From an uncultured Nitrospirota bacterium (GTDB lineage Bacteria > Nitrospirota > Nitrospiria > SBBL01 > CAZSHZ01): a stretch of DNA of 58,231 nucleotides. The DNA is taken from positions 1-58,231 of the forward strand of contig CAZSHZ010000093.1 of NCBI GenBank assembly GCA_964606955.1, given 5' to 3'. Position numbers and translations under genes: made by a program. Positions 6,799 to 16,037 of this stretch are shown here, one piece after another. How positions within the stretch are numbered: position 1 is the first letter of the stretch; every line of letters begins with the position of its first letter. The notes below the pieces were generated by a model. It was not told the origin of the DNA. It did not search any database and was given only the letters and a program-made list of their open reading frames with translations.

Positions 6799-8644
6799 CT
6801 TTCTTCTCCAGCGCTTCTTTGACGGCGCGGCTCATCAAGCTCTCGGCCAGCGGCATCGCGGCCGAATCAAGCCTCTCCAGCGCCTGCCGGATCGCCTGAT
6901 GGTCATTTCCGGCAACCGCCTGCTCGACCCCCTTCCTCGCCTCCCGAATCTCGGCGATCATCTCCGGGGCAGCAACCCCCTCCGCCTGCGCCAGCGCCTT
7001 TTCGGCGTGACGCAAGACCCCCTGGGCCTCGGTCCGCGCCTCAATCAGCATCCGCTCGGACATATCGGCGCGGGCGAAATGGATCGACTCCTCGATCATC
7101 CGCTCGACCTCGGCGTCCATCAATCCGTAAGACGGCTTCACCTCGATCCCCGCCTCCTTGTTCGTCCGCAGTTCCTTGGCGCGGACCTGGAGGATGCCGT
7201 TCGCGTCGATCAGAAACGTCACCTCGATCTTGGGGATCCCCGCCGGCATCGGATCGATCTTAAGATCGAAGCGCGCAAGCGAGCGGCAGTCGCGGACCAG
7301 TTCGCGCTCCCCCTGCACCACATGGATCGGCACCCTCGTCTGCCCGTCCATAAAGGTCGTGAACATCTCTTTGGCGGAAGCGGGGATCGTCGTATTGCGC
7401 GCGATCAGCTTGCTGACGACGCCCCCCATCGTCTCCATCCCGAGCGACAGCGGCGTCACGTCCAGCAGGAGAAGATCCTTAATGCCGCCGGCGAGGATGT
7501 CGGCTTGAACCGCCGCGCCGAGCGCGACGACCTCGTCGGGATTGAGCTCCGAGTGCGGCTTCTTGCCGAAGACCTCCTCGACCCGTCGGCGCACCAGAGG
7601 CATCCGGGTAGCCCCGCCCACAAGAATCACCTCATCGAGCTGTTCGGGCGCAAGCCGCGCATCCTCAAGCGCCTGGCGGCAGGGGGGGATCGTCCGCTCG
7701 ACGATGTCGGACGACCACTCCTCCAACTCGCGCCGGCTCAATACCCGGCGGTAGTCGACGCTGTCCCGGCAGACCGCCATCTCGGCGGTTGCTTCGAACG
7801 AGAGGCGGCACTTCGCCTCCTCGGCCGCAAGACGGACCGCCTGCATTAACTCCCGGTCGGCCTCGATCGGGCCTCCCGCCCGCTCGGCGACCTCCCCGGC
7901 CACGCGATCGACGATCCGCCGATCGATGTCGTCTCCTCCCAGGTGGGTATCGCCGTTCGTCGCGAGGACCTCAAAGACCCCCTCCTTGATCTTGAGGATT
8001 GAGATGTCGAACGTCCCGCCCCCCAGATCGTAGACCGCGATGATCCCTTCCTTCTTCTTCTGAAGCCCGTAGGCGAGGGAGGCCGCCGTCGGTTCATTGA
8101 CGATCCGCAAGACCTCCAGCCCCGCGATCTTGCCGGCGTCCTTCGTCGCCTGTCTCTGCGCGTCGTTGAAATAGGCCGGGACAGTGATGACCGCCTGGCC
8201 GACCAGCTCGCCGAAGAAGAGCTCCGCCCTCCGCTTCAACTCCTGGAGGATCAGCGCGGAGATCTCGGGCGGCGTGTAGATCCGCCCCCCCACTACGATC
8301 CGGACGATCTCCCGCCCCGAGCGCTCAGCGCTCGGGGACCCCGACTGCTGGGGCCCCGACTCCTCCGAGAGTCGGAACGGGAAATAGGCCAACTCGCTTT
8401 TGACATCGTCGCTCCCTCTCCCCATGAACCGCTTGATCGAGTAGATCGTCTGCTCCGCGTTCACAACGAGCTGCTTTTTGGCCTCGTATCCGATGCTCGC
8501 CGAGCCTTCCGGAGAGAAAGTCACCACGGAGGGGAGGAGGGGCCTCCCCTTCTCGTCCGGAATGACGCGCGGCTCCCCCCGATCCATGAAGGCCACCAGG
8601 CTGTTGGTCGTTCCGAGATCGATTCCGACCACGCGCGAGCTCAT
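6791..8644 (-). CDS. hscA: Fe-S cluster assembly chaperone HscA (Hsp70 family)
   Basis: [24 protein letters not shown] and the full Hsp70 architecture. Start set at MSSRVVGID (ATG at 8644), an ATGA overlap with the hscB stop. The 63-aa upstream extension in the track overlaps hscB. Confidence 0.95.
   Translation of the reverse strand: MSSRVVGIDLGTTNSLVAFMDRGEPRVIPDEKGRPLLPSVVTFSPEGSASIGYEAKKQLVVNAEQTIYSIKRFMGRGSDDVKSELAYFPFRLSEESGPQQSGSPSAERSGREIVRIVVGGRIYTPPEISALILQELKRRAELFFGELVGQAVITVPAYFNDAQRQATKDAGKIAGLEVLRIVNEPTAASLAYGLQKKKEGIIAVYDLGGGTFDISILKIKEGVFEVLATNGDTHLGGDDIDRRIVDRVAGEVAERAGGPIEADRELMQAVRLAAEEAKCRLSFEATAEMAVCRDSVDYRRVLSRRELEEWSSDIVERTIPPCRQALEDARLAPEQLDEVILVGGATRMPLVRRRVEEVFGKKPHSELNPDEVVALGAAVQADILAGGIKDLLLLDVTPLSLGMETMGGVVSKLIARNTTIPASAKEMFTTFMDGQTRVPIHVVQGERELVRDCRSLARFDLKIDPMPAGIPKIEVTFLIDANGILQVRAKELRTNKEAGIEVKPSYGLMDAEVERMIEESIHFARADMSERMLIEARTEAQGVLRHAEKALAQAEGVAAPEMIAEIREARKGVEQAVAGNDHQAIRQALERLDSAAMPLAESLMSRAVKEALEKKDA
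8315..8343. repeat. GC-rich palindromic element, copy 3 (CCCCGAGCGC-TCA-GCGCTCGGGG-ACCCCG), inside hscA coding sequence
   Basis: Perfect 10-bp arms, a 3-nt loop and an ACCCCG tail. Translated on the minus strand as ...[10 protein letters not shown]... Confidence 0.7.
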
Positions 8645-9285
8645 GAACGCCTCCCGATCAGAGCATCCCTGTGCGACAGCGCCGCGTCGATATCGGCGAG
8701 AAGGCGGGCGAAGTACCCAGCCTGGCCGAGGATCTGCTTCATCTCCTCGATAATGCGTGGATCCTGGCGGGCATCCCAGTCGCCCTTCATCCTCTCCAAC
8801 CGTTCGAGCCTCTGCCAATCCCGCTCCCGCCACCGGTCGCGCGCCTTCGCGAGTCTCTCCAAGATCTCGGCAGAGCCACCCCTCGCCTCCTCCATCAGTT
8901 CCTGAAGCTCTAGAACCTCCTCAAAAAGGTCGGACGGCGGCTTCTCGGCGCTGTCGGCCACCTCGGAAGGACCCCCAACCAGCCGGACGAGGTAGGCGGT
9001 CCGTTCCATAGGATCCCGAAGGGTGCGGTACGCAAGGTTCACCCGCGCCGTATTGGCGAGCGAGATCTCCCGTTCGGTCTCGGAGGCGCGCTGGAAGTAG
9101 TCGGGGTGAAACCTCCGCGATAATTCGTGGTAGCGCCGCTCGAGATCCTTCGGGTCCAGATGAAAGCAGCGCGGGAGGCCGAACAGGGCGAAATGATCCC
9201 TCTCTGCAAGGGGCTGGATGGCCCCGCAGTGGCCGCAGCGCCCCGCGGTCTCCTCAATCTCTTTTTTGCATCTCCAGCAGGTCAT
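8641..9285 (-). CDS. hscB: co-chaperone HscB with an N-terminal tetracysteine zinc-finger
   Basis: J-domain with HPD (RRFHPDYF) and a C-terminal helical domain. N-terminus is [23 protein letters not shown] (CxxC-x11-CxxC). Confidence 0.9.
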   Translation of the reverse strand: MTCWRCKKEIEETAGRCGHCGAIQPLAERDHFALFGLPRCFHLDPKDLERRYHELSRRFHPDYFQRASETEREISLANTARVNLAYRTLRDPMERTAYLVRLVGGPSEVADSAEKPPSDLFEEVLELQELMEEARGGSAEILERLAKARDRWRERDWQRLERLERMKGDWDARQDPRIIEEMKQILGQAGYFARLLADIDAALSHRDALIGRRS

Positions 9286-9290
9286 TTAAC

Positions 9291-9332
9291 CCAAAAAAAG
9301 AAGAGCCCTGATTCGGGTCGCCTCAGGGCTCT
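9291..9332 (-). terminator. intrinsic-terminator-like hairpin between iscA and hscB
   Basis: Minus strand reads AGAGCCCTGA-ggcgacccgaa-TCAGGGCTCT followed by TCTTTTTTTGGG. The U-tract ends 7 nt before the hscB ATG. Confidence 0.55.
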
Positions 9333-9372
9333 TTCGCGTACAGCGTTTGCGCGGGAGGGGCGGCCGTTTATC

Positions 9373-9762
9373 TCAGGCCGAGAACGACTCCCCGCACCCG
9401 CAACTCCGTTTGGCGTTCGGGTTGCCGAATTTGAAGCCCCCTCCCACCAGCGCATCGGAAAAATCGAGCGTGATGCCGGTGATGTAGAGCGCGCTCTTCG
9501 GATCGAGCAGGACCCGCAACCCATCGAACTCAAAGAGCTGGTCGTGCGGCCCCGGTTCGTTCTCAAATGTAAGCGTATAGCTCAGCCCTGAGCACCCTCC
9601 TCCTTTGACGCCGACCCTCAACGGTTTTCCAACGGCGTTCTCCGCAACGGCCAGCTCGCGGGCTTTTTTTACGGCCGCCGGGGTCAGCACGATCGGAGGG
9701 GCGTCCGAGGCGGGGGACAGGCTCTCTGCCCCCGCATTCATCTGAAGAGGCTTCGTCTCCAT
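9373..9762 (-). CDS. iscA: A-type Fe-S carrier IscA
   Basis: GGGCSGLSY and the C-terminal CGCGESFSA motif of the HesB/IscA family. Confidence 0.9.
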   Translation of the reverse strand: METKPLQMNAGAESLSPASDAPPIVLTPAAVKKARELAVAENAVGKPLRVGVKGGGCSGLSYTLTFENEPGPHDQLFEFDGLRVLLDPKSALYITGITLDFSDALVGGGFKFGNPNAKRSCGCGESFSA

Positions 9763-9769
9763 GATCCTC

Positions 9770-10168
9770 CTAGGCCGGCACCTCCTGCGTCGCCGCGGTC
9801 TTCTTTTTGTAGTCGGCGATCGCGGCCTTGATCGCGTCCTCCGCCAGGACCGAACAGTGGATCTTCACCGGCGGAAGGGAGAGCTCCTCGACGATCGCGG
9901 TATTCCTGATCTTCATCGCCTCATCGATCGTCTTTCCCTTCAGCCATTCGGTCGCCAAAGAAGACGACGCGATCGCGCTGCCGCAGCCGAAGGTCTTGAA
10001 CTTGGCCCCTTCGATGACGCCGTTGCTGACCTTGATCTGCAGTTTCATCACGTCCCCGCACTCGGGGGCCCCCACGATCCCCGTCCCAACGCTCGGATCG
10101 TTCTTGTCGAGGCTCCCGATATTGCGCGGATTGTTGTAATGGTCAATGACTTTTTCGCTGTACGCCAT
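9770..10168 (-). CDS. iscU: Fe-S scaffold IscU
   Basis: GAPECGDVMKL, FKTFGCGSAIASSS and LPPVKIHCSVLAEDA supply the three conserved Cys residues. Confidence 0.95.
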   Translation of the reverse strand: MAYSEKVIDHYNNPRNIGSLDKNDPSVGTGIVGAPECGDVMKLQIKVSNGVIEGAKFKTFGCGSAIASSSLATEWLKGKTIDEAMKIRNTAIVEELSLPPVKIHCSVLAEDAIKAAIADYKKKTAATQEVPA

Positions 10169-10185
10169 TTATCCCCCCGTTCTGT

Positions 10186-11406
10186 TTAATCCCGTGTCCA
10201 CTGGACCGTCTTCAGGTCGATCCCTTCCTTCGCCATCTCGTAAAGCGGGGACATCTCGCGCAGCCGCTTCACAGTCTCGATGACCCTCCCGATCACGTAG
10301 TCGATCTCCTCTTCCGTGTTAAACCGCCCTAAGCCGAAGCGGATCGAGGAGTGAGCCAGGTCGTTCCCCACCCCGAGCGCCCGAAGCACGTAAGAGGGCT
10401 CCAGGCTGGCGGTCGTGCAGGCGGAACCGGACGAGAGGGCGATCTCATTCAAGCCCATCAAGAGCGATTCCCCTTCCACATAGGCGAAACTAATATTCAC
10501 GTTGTTTGGCAGCCGCCGCACCGGATCTCCGTTGAGGTAGACCTCGTCCATGCCGGCGAGAATCCTATCCCGAAGTCTGTCCCGCAGGCAGGTCAGGCGC
10601 TCGCTCTCTTCCGACATGACCTTCGCGCAGATCGCACAGGCCTCCCCGAACCCGACGATCAGCGGGACCGGGAGCGTCCCCGAGCGCATCCCCCGTTCAT
10701 GCCCCCCTCCGTCGATGAGCGGCGCGATCCGCACCCGCGGGTTCCTTTTACGGACATAAAGCGCGCCGACCCCCTTGGGGCCGTAGATCTTGTGCGCGGA
10801 GAATGACATCACATCGATCCCGGCAGCGTTGACATCCACCGGGATCTTCCCGACTCCCTGCGTGGCGTCACAGTGAAAAATGATCCCCCGCTCCTTGGCC
10901 CATTTCCCGATCTCGTTCACCGGATTGATCGTTCCGATCTCATTGTTGGCCAGCATGATCGAGATCAGGATCGTCTTCTCGGTCGTCGCCGCCTTCACGT
11001 CGTCGGGGTTGACGACCCCGTCCGGCCCGACGGAGACATAGGTCACCCGATATCCCATCTTCTCCAGCCGCTTGCAGGTGTCCAAGACCGCCTTGTGCTC
11101 GGTCACCGCGGTGATGATGTGATCGCCCTTCTCCCGATACATCTCCGCGACGCCTTTGAGGGCCAGGTTGTCCGATTCAGTGGCGCCGGAGGTGAAGATG
11201 ATCTCCTTCGAATCGCAGTGGATGAGCGCCGCGATCTGCTTGCGGGCATTTTCCACCGCCTCCTCGGCTTGCCACCCGAAGAGATGATTGCGGCTCGCCG
11301 CATTCCCGAATTTTTCGGTGAAATACGGCAGCATGGCCTCAACCACCTTGGGATCGGTCGGGGTCGTAGAATGGTTATCCATAAAGATCGGGAACTTCAG
11401 CATCAT
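10186..11406 (-). CDS. iscS: cysteine desulfurase IscS
   Basis: [17 protein letters not shown] contains the PLP lysine, and [21 protein letters not shown] contains the active-site Cys. The C-terminal DLKTVQW tail is typical of IscS. Confidence 0.95.
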   Translation of the reverse strand: MMLKFPIFMDNHSTTPTDPKVVEAMLPYFTEKFGNAASRNHLFGWQAEEAVENARKQIAALIHCDSKEIIFTSGATESDNLALKGVAEMYREKGDHIITAVTEHKAVLDTCKRLEKMGYRVTYVSVGPDGVVNPDDVKAATTEKTILISIMLANNEIGTINPVNEIGKWAKERGIIFHCDATQGVGKIPVDVNAAGIDVMSFSAHKIYGPKGVGALYVRKRNPRVRIAPLIDGGGHERGMRSGTLPVPLIVGFGEACAICAKVMSEESERLTCLRDRLRDRILAGMDEVYLNGDPVRRLPNNVNISFAYVEGESLLMGLNEIALSSGSACTTASLEPSYVLRALGVGNDLAHSSIRFGLGRFNTEEEIDYVIGRVIETVKRLREMSPLYEMAKEGIDLKTVQWTRD

Positions 11407-11867
11407 ATCTCCTTCAAGGATCCAGACAAGGATCCCGATTCGACGTTCAGGGTCGCGGCCGGGAGCGGCTCATCCTGTCGGTAGAGATCCTCGACCGTCA
11501 TACTGTCGAGAAAGGCGGTGAGGGAGTCCTGGATCTTCCGAAAAGGGGTGCGGACGGTGCAGAGATCGACGTGCTCGCAGCGCTGGTTCTCGTAGCATGA
11601 GGCAATCCGGACCGGCCCCTCGATCGCGCGGATCACCTCGCCGACCGTGATTTCGTCCAGATCCCTGGAGAGCGTGTATCCCCCCTTCGGCCCATTGTGG
11701 CTCACGATGATTCCGCCTCTGACCAACTTCTGCAAAATTTTCGCTAACAACTCCGGAGGGAGACGGTAGAACTCCGAAATCATCTTCGCGTTGACATTGA
11801 CATCAAGCGACCCCATATACTGGATCGCCATCAGGCCATAGTCGATACGTTTCGTAAGTCTCAGCAT
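11403..11867 (-). CDS. iscR: Rrf2-family Fe-S regulator IscR
   Basis: [15 protein letters not shown] winged-helix N-terminus. Cluster ligands are spaced C-x5-C-x5-C ([13 protein letters not shown]). First gene of the isc operon. Confidence 0.85.
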   Translation of the reverse strand: MLRLTKRIDYGLMAIQYMGSLDVNVNAKMISEFYRLPPELLAKILQKLVRGGIIVSHNGPKGGYTLSRDLDEITVGEVIRAIEGPVRIASCYENQRCEHVDLCTVRTPFRKIQDSLTAFLDSMTVEDLYRQDEPLPAATLNVESGSLSGSLKEI

Positions 11868-11980
11868 CTTTAACTCCTGGTAGAAAGCCGACTATTTTTA
11901 TCGGACTTAGTTAAAAGGAAGATAACATAGGCCTTTAGGGGTGTCAAGTTATTTCCGATGAAAATTGTCGGAGACCCGGG

Positions 11981-12895
11981 TCAGGCTCTCGCTTGCGCCT
12001 TTCTCTTATCTGATTTCATCAATAAAAGCAATGGGCTGGCGATATACCATGAGGAATAAGTCCCGACGATAATCCCAAGGAGAAGGGCAAGCGAAAAATC
12101 GTGGATCGTCTCCCCGCCGAACAGATAGAGGGCGATGACCGCCAGCAGCGTGGTCAGCGAGGTGTTCAATGTCCGCGAAAGGACCTGGTTGATGCTGGCG
12201 TTGATCGCCTCCTCCAGCGACTCTCTCCTTTTAGTCCGCAGGTTTTCCCGGATCCGGTCAAAGACCACCACCGTGTCTGTCAGAGAATAGCCGGCGATCG
12301 TCAAAAGGGCCGTGACGAGAAGGAGCGTGACCTCCTTATTCATCAGAAAGAAGAGGCCGAGGACCGCCAGGACGTCGTGAACGGTAGCGGTCACCGCGGC
12401 AAGACCGAAACGAAAGTCGAAACGGACGGCGATGTAGAGGATGATTCCGATCAGGGAGAGGAAGATCGCCACTGTGGCGTCCTTCCGCAATTTCTGGCCG
12501 ATCATCGGCCCAATCTCGGTTGCGCTCTCGACGACGAAGCGGTTGTCGGGGACCGCCTCCATGAGCGCCACGACGATCCGGTCCGGAGTCCCCTCCCCCA
12601 CCTCCTGCTTGCGCAGGCGGACCAAAAACCTGTCCCCCCCGGTGAACTCCTGGATCTCCGCGTCGGAAAACCCCTTGGCGCCGAGCGCCTCCCGCACGCG
12701 CTCGATCAGAAGGGGCTTGTCGAGTTTCAATTGCAGGGCCATCCCTCCGGAGAAATCGATCCCGAGATTCGCCCGGCCGCGATAGATCTGCACCACGGCG
12801 GCCAGGCCGATCAGGACCAGAATCGTCGAGAAGACGAAGAAATATCTCCGCTTTCCGATAAAATCGAAACGGGTATCTTTGAAGATCTCGATCAA
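11981..12895 (-). CDS. secF: protein translocase subunit SecF
   Basis: Typical SecF pattern (GIDFSGG, six TM segments). 4-nt overlap with secD. Confidence 0.9.
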   Translation of the reverse strand: MIEIFKDTRFDFIGKRRYFFVFSTILVLIGLAAVVQIYRGRANLGIDFSGGMALQLKLDKPLLIERVREALGAKGFSDAEIQEFTGGDRFLVRLRKQEVGEGTPDRIVVALMEAVPDNRFVVESATEIGPMIGQKLRKDATVAIFLSLIGIILYIAVRFDFRFGLAAVTATVHDVLAVLGLFFLMNKEVTLLLVTALLTIAGYSLTDTVVVFDRIRENLRTKRRESLEEAINASINQVLSRTLNTSLTTLLAVIALYLFGGETIHDFSLALLLGIIVGTYSSWYIASPLLLLMKSDKRKAQARA

Positions 12896-14529
12896 ATCGA
12901 CAGCCTCTCGAGGCGCCTCAGATTCACCAGGTCGAAAACCACCTTGGTCCCGATCAGCGACGTAAAAAGATTGATGATCACCCCCAGCGAGAGGGTAACC
13001 GCGAACCCCTTGATCGGGCCGGTCCCAAAGAGGAACAGGACAAAGGCGGTGATCAGGGTGGTCACATGGGAGTCGAAGATCGTGACGAACGCCTTAGAGT
13101 ATCCGGCGTCCACCGCAAGCCGGGGAGGCTTCCCGGATCGCAACTCCTCGCGGATCCGCTCGAAGATGAGGACGTTGGAGTCGACCGACATCCCGATGGT
13201 GAGGATGATCCCGGCGATGCCGGGGAGGGTCAGCGTGGCGTTGAGGGCGGCCAGGGCCCCGATCAGAAGAATCATGTTGAACACCAGCGTGAAGTCCGCG
13301 ATCACTCCGGAGAGACGGTAATAGAAGATCATGAATCCTCCGACCAGCACCGTCCCCACGATCCCCGCTTTCATCCCGTGATCGATCGAGTCGCGCCCGA
13401 GCGAAGGACCGACGGTGACGTTCTGGATGATCTTCACCGGAGCCGGGAGGGCGCCCGCCCGCAGCACGATGGCAAGATCGCTCGCCTCCTCGGTCGTAAA
13501 CGAGCCGCTGATCTGGGCCCGCCCGCCGGAGATCCTGTCCTGAATCACCGGCGCCGAGTAGACCGTGTTGTCCAGAACGATCGCCAGCCGCCGCTTGACG
13601 TTCTCTCCGGTCACCCGCTCAAAGATTTTCGCCCCCGTGGCGTCGAACGTGATGGAGACATAGGACTGGTTGAAATTGTCGAAGGCGACCCGCGCATCCG
13701 AGAGGAGATCCCCGGTCAATGCGGCCTCCTTTTTCACAAGGAGCGGGGTCTTTGTCACGCGCCCGGTCTCCCGATTCACCCTCCGCTCGAAGAGGATCTG
13801 GCCCCCGGCGGGGACTTTCGGCGAGAACTCGTTGAAGACCTTCTCCTCCTCCTCCGGCGGGATCGAGACGGGGAGCTCCCGCCCGACAGGGGACTCCTCA
13901 TCGATCAGTTTGAATTCGAGCAGCGCCGTCTTGCCGATCAACTCGATCGCCCTCTGGGGGTTCTTCACCCCCGGGAGTTGGACCAGAATCTGCTTGGCCC
14001 CCTGCTTTTGAATCAACGGCTCGGCGACGCCGAACTGGTCCACCCGATTCCGGATCGTCTCCAGCGCCTGTGAGGTCGAGGAGTCGAGCACCCGGCTCAC
14101 CTCGCTCTCCTTGGGGGCGAATACGATCTCGCTTTCGGATTCCCGGACCAATCGAAAGGTCGGGAAATTGTCCGAGACGAGCTTCTCCGCGGCGGTCCGG
14201 GTGGAAGCATCGGCGGTCCGGACCCGGATCCCCTCCTCGATGCGATCGACCCCCACGATCCCCGAAACCTTCTTCTCTTCGAGAACCCTCTTCATGGCCG
14301 GTGCCGTCCGATCGATCATCCCTGCGATCGCCTTCTCCCCTTCGACCTCCAGGACCAGATGCATCCCTCCCTGCAGATCGAGCCCGAGGTTGACCCCGCG
14401 GCTCGGGAGGTATCTCTGCCACCATCCCGGCAGACTCGAATAGAGAGGGGTAGAGGGGAGAAAGAAGATAATCGAGAGAAAGACCGTGGCAAGGATCAGA
14501 AGCGCCCGCCGCTGGATCCTCTTTTTCAC
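12892..14529 (-). CDS. secD: protein translocase subunit SecD
   Basis: LGLDLQGG motif, a large periplasmic domain, and a C-terminal six-TM domain resembling SecF. Confidence 0.9.
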   Translation of the reverse strand: MKKRIQRRALLILATVFLSIIFFLPSTPLYSSLPGWWQRYLPSRGVNLGLDLQGGMHLVLEVEGEKAIAGMIDRTAPAMKRVLEEKKVSGIVGVDRIEEGIRVRTADASTRTAAEKLVSDNFPTFRLVRESESEIVFAPKESEVSRVLDSSTSQALETIRNRVDQFGVAEPLIQKQGAKQILVQLPGVKNPQRAIELIGKTALLEFKLIDEESPVGRELPVSIPPEEEEKVFNEFSPKVPAGGQILFERRVNRETGRVTKTPLLVKKEAALTGDLLSDARVAFDNFNQSYVSITFDATGAKIFERVTGENVKRRLAIVLDNTVYSAPVIQDRISGGRAQISGSFTTEEASDLAIVLRAGALPAPVKIIQNVTVGPSLGRDSIDHGMKAGIVGTVLVGGFMIFYYRLSGVIADFTLVFNMILLIGALAALNATLTLPGIAGIILTIGMSVDSNVLIFERIREELRSGKPPRLAVDAGYSKAFVTIFDSHVTTLITAFVLFLFGTGPIKGFAVTLSLGVIINLFTSLIGTKVVFDLVNLRRLERLSI

Positions 14530-14867
14530 TCCTCTTCCCCTTCGCCGACCAGTTCCTCAATGTGACTCCTCCGGAACTTCAGCCGGACACCGTCCACATC
14601 GACCGTAACGGTATTCTTACCGAGGTTGACAACCCGGCCGACGATTCCTCCGCGGGTGAGGACGCGGTCCCCTTTTTTAAGGTCTGCCAGCGTCTCCCGC
14701 CAGCGCCGGCTTTTTTTCTGCTGGGGCAGAATGAGAAGGATATAGAACACGATAAAGATGAGGATAAAAGGAAAGAAAGAGACGATGACCCCCGAAATGC
14801 CACCGGACTGCCCAGATGGGCCGGGAGCCTGCGCCCACGCCGTCGAAATCGCTTCCCACTTCAACAT
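14526..14867 (-). CDS. yajC: preprotein translocase subunit YajC
   Basis: Single TM followed by LKKGDRVLTRGGIVGRV. Canonical tgt-yajC-secD-secF order. Confidence 0.85.
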   Translation of the reverse strand: MLKWEAISTAWAQAPGPSGQSGGISGVIVSFFPFILIFIVFYILLILPQQKKSRRWRETLADLKKGDRVLTRGGIVGRVVNLGKNTVTVDVDGVRLKFRRSHIEELVGEGEEE

Positions 14868-16027
14868 CCGCTCATTCCCTCCTCCCCCCTCTGATCAGAA
14901 CCCTCTCGGGCCGCCCGGAACTCCCTTTGAAATTCCGCCTCGCGTCCGGCCCTAATCGCGGCGCGGATCCCGCGCATCAGCGAGAGATGATAATAGAGAT
15001 TGTGCAGCGTGAGCAACCGGACCGACAACACCTCGCCCGCGCTGTACAGATGACGGAGGTATGCGCGCGAGAACGTCCGGCAGGTCGGACAGCCGCAGAG
15101 CGGATCGATCGGCCGCTTATCCCCCGAGTATGCGGCGTTTTTAATCAGAAGCCTCCCGAAAGAGGTAAACAGAAAACCGTTGCGCGCATGCCGCGTGGGA
15201 ACCACGCAATCGAAAAGATCAATCCCGCCAAACGCCCCGCAGAGAAGCTCTTCCGGCATCCCGACCCCCATCAGATAGCGGGGACGTCCGACTGGGAGGT
15301 GCGGTAACACCGCCTCCAGCATCTCGCGCCTCTGGGCGGGAGGTTCCCCCACCGCAAGACCCCCGATTGCGTATCCATCAAAACCGATCGCCGTGATCTC
15401 CTGGGCCGAGCGCCGGCGCAGGTCGGCATAGAATCCCCCCTGCGCGATCCCATAGAGGAACCGGGCCCCACGCCTCGCCTCAAATCGATCTTTGCATCGT
15501 CGTCCCCAGGCCGCAGTAAGCGAGACCGCCCTCTCGGCGTCTCCCCGTTCGGAGGGATAAGGAAGACAGAGGTCGAGGGCCATCATGATGTCGGAGCCGA
15601 GATTCTCCTGCGCGTCGATCGCGCGCTCGGGCGAGAGGAAGAGGGACGATCCGTCCAGGTGCGAGCGAAAAGAGATCCCGTCGTCGGTTACGTGCACAAG
15701 GGGAGAGAGGGACATCGCCTGAAATCCGCCCGAGTCGGTCAGAATCGCTCCGGGCCAGGCCATGAATTCATGGAGCCCGCCGAGGGCCGCGATCTTCTCG
15801 TCGCCCGGTCGGAGCATCAGGTGATAGGCGTTGGCAAGCACAATCCGGCAGCCGAGCCCCTCCAGATCCGCCGGCGTCATCCCTTTAACGCTCCCCGCCG
15901 TCCCCACCGGGATGAACGCGGGGGTCTCGACGTCGCCGTGAGCCGTGCGAAGCCGTCCGACCCGCGCCCTCCCCGAGCCCCGAGCAAGAATTTCGAAATT
16001 CGCTTCGGCCACCACCTCGCCGTTCAT
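14861..16027 (-). CDS. tgt: tRNA-guanine transglycosylase
   Basis: TPAFIPVGT, LTDSGGFQ and the zinc motif CxCxxC...H (CGCPTCRTFSRAYLRHL). Start set at MNGEVV (16027) because the track extension would overlap argS. Confidence 0.9.
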   Translation of the reverse strand: MNGEVVAEANFEILARGSGRARVGRLRTAHGDVETPAFIPVGTAGSVKGMTPADLEGLGCRIVLANAYHLMLRPGDEKIAALGGLHEFMAWPGAILTDSGGFQAMSLSPLVHVTDDGISFRSHLDGSSLFLSPERAIDAQENLGSDIMMALDLCLPYPSERGDAERAVSLTAAWGRRCKDRFEARRGARFLYGIAQGGFYADLRRRSAQEITAIGFDGYAIGGLAVGEPPAQRREMLEAVLPHLPVGRPRYLMGVGMPEELLCGAFGGIDLFDCVVPTRHARNGFLFTSFGRLLIKNAAYSGDKRPIDPLCGCPTCRTFSRAYLRHLYSAGEVLSVRLLTLHNLYYHLSLMRGIRAAIRAGREAEFQREFRAAREGSDQRGEEGMSGC

Positions 16028-16037
16028 GCCGACCCCT

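Noticed and set aside
6737-7849. 370-aa plus-strand ORF
   Set aside because: It is antisense to hscA. The same reasoning applies to 12101-13321 and 13066-14073 (antisense to secF/secD), 15945-17003 (argS/tgt), 19051-20235 (lnt), 25010-25903 (pabB/pabC-like), 28430-29479 (aprA), 34824-35678 (mrp), 52767-53699 (E2), 55694-56509 (VIT1) and 49610-50473 (PiT).
8645-8833. N-terminal extension of the hscA ORF. Similar extensions occur at 16028-16192 (tgt), 30543-30647 (sat), 35575-35730 (PCP_red protein), 48337-48627 (secreted protein), 27980-28078 (CorC-family) and 24263-24325 (pabB-like).
   Set aside because: The extensions run through the preceding gene, are low complexity, and an internal start gives the conserved N-terminus, often with ATGA/GTGA stop-start overlap.
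11885-11910. Possible IscR type-1 binding site upstream of iscR (minus strand TAAGTCCGATAAAAATAGTCGGCTTT)
   Set aside because: It matches only about 18 of 25 positions of the consensus as I remember it (ATASYYGACTRWWWYAGTCRRSTAT), and only one half-site is good. This is too weak to call without a scoring matrix or conservation.
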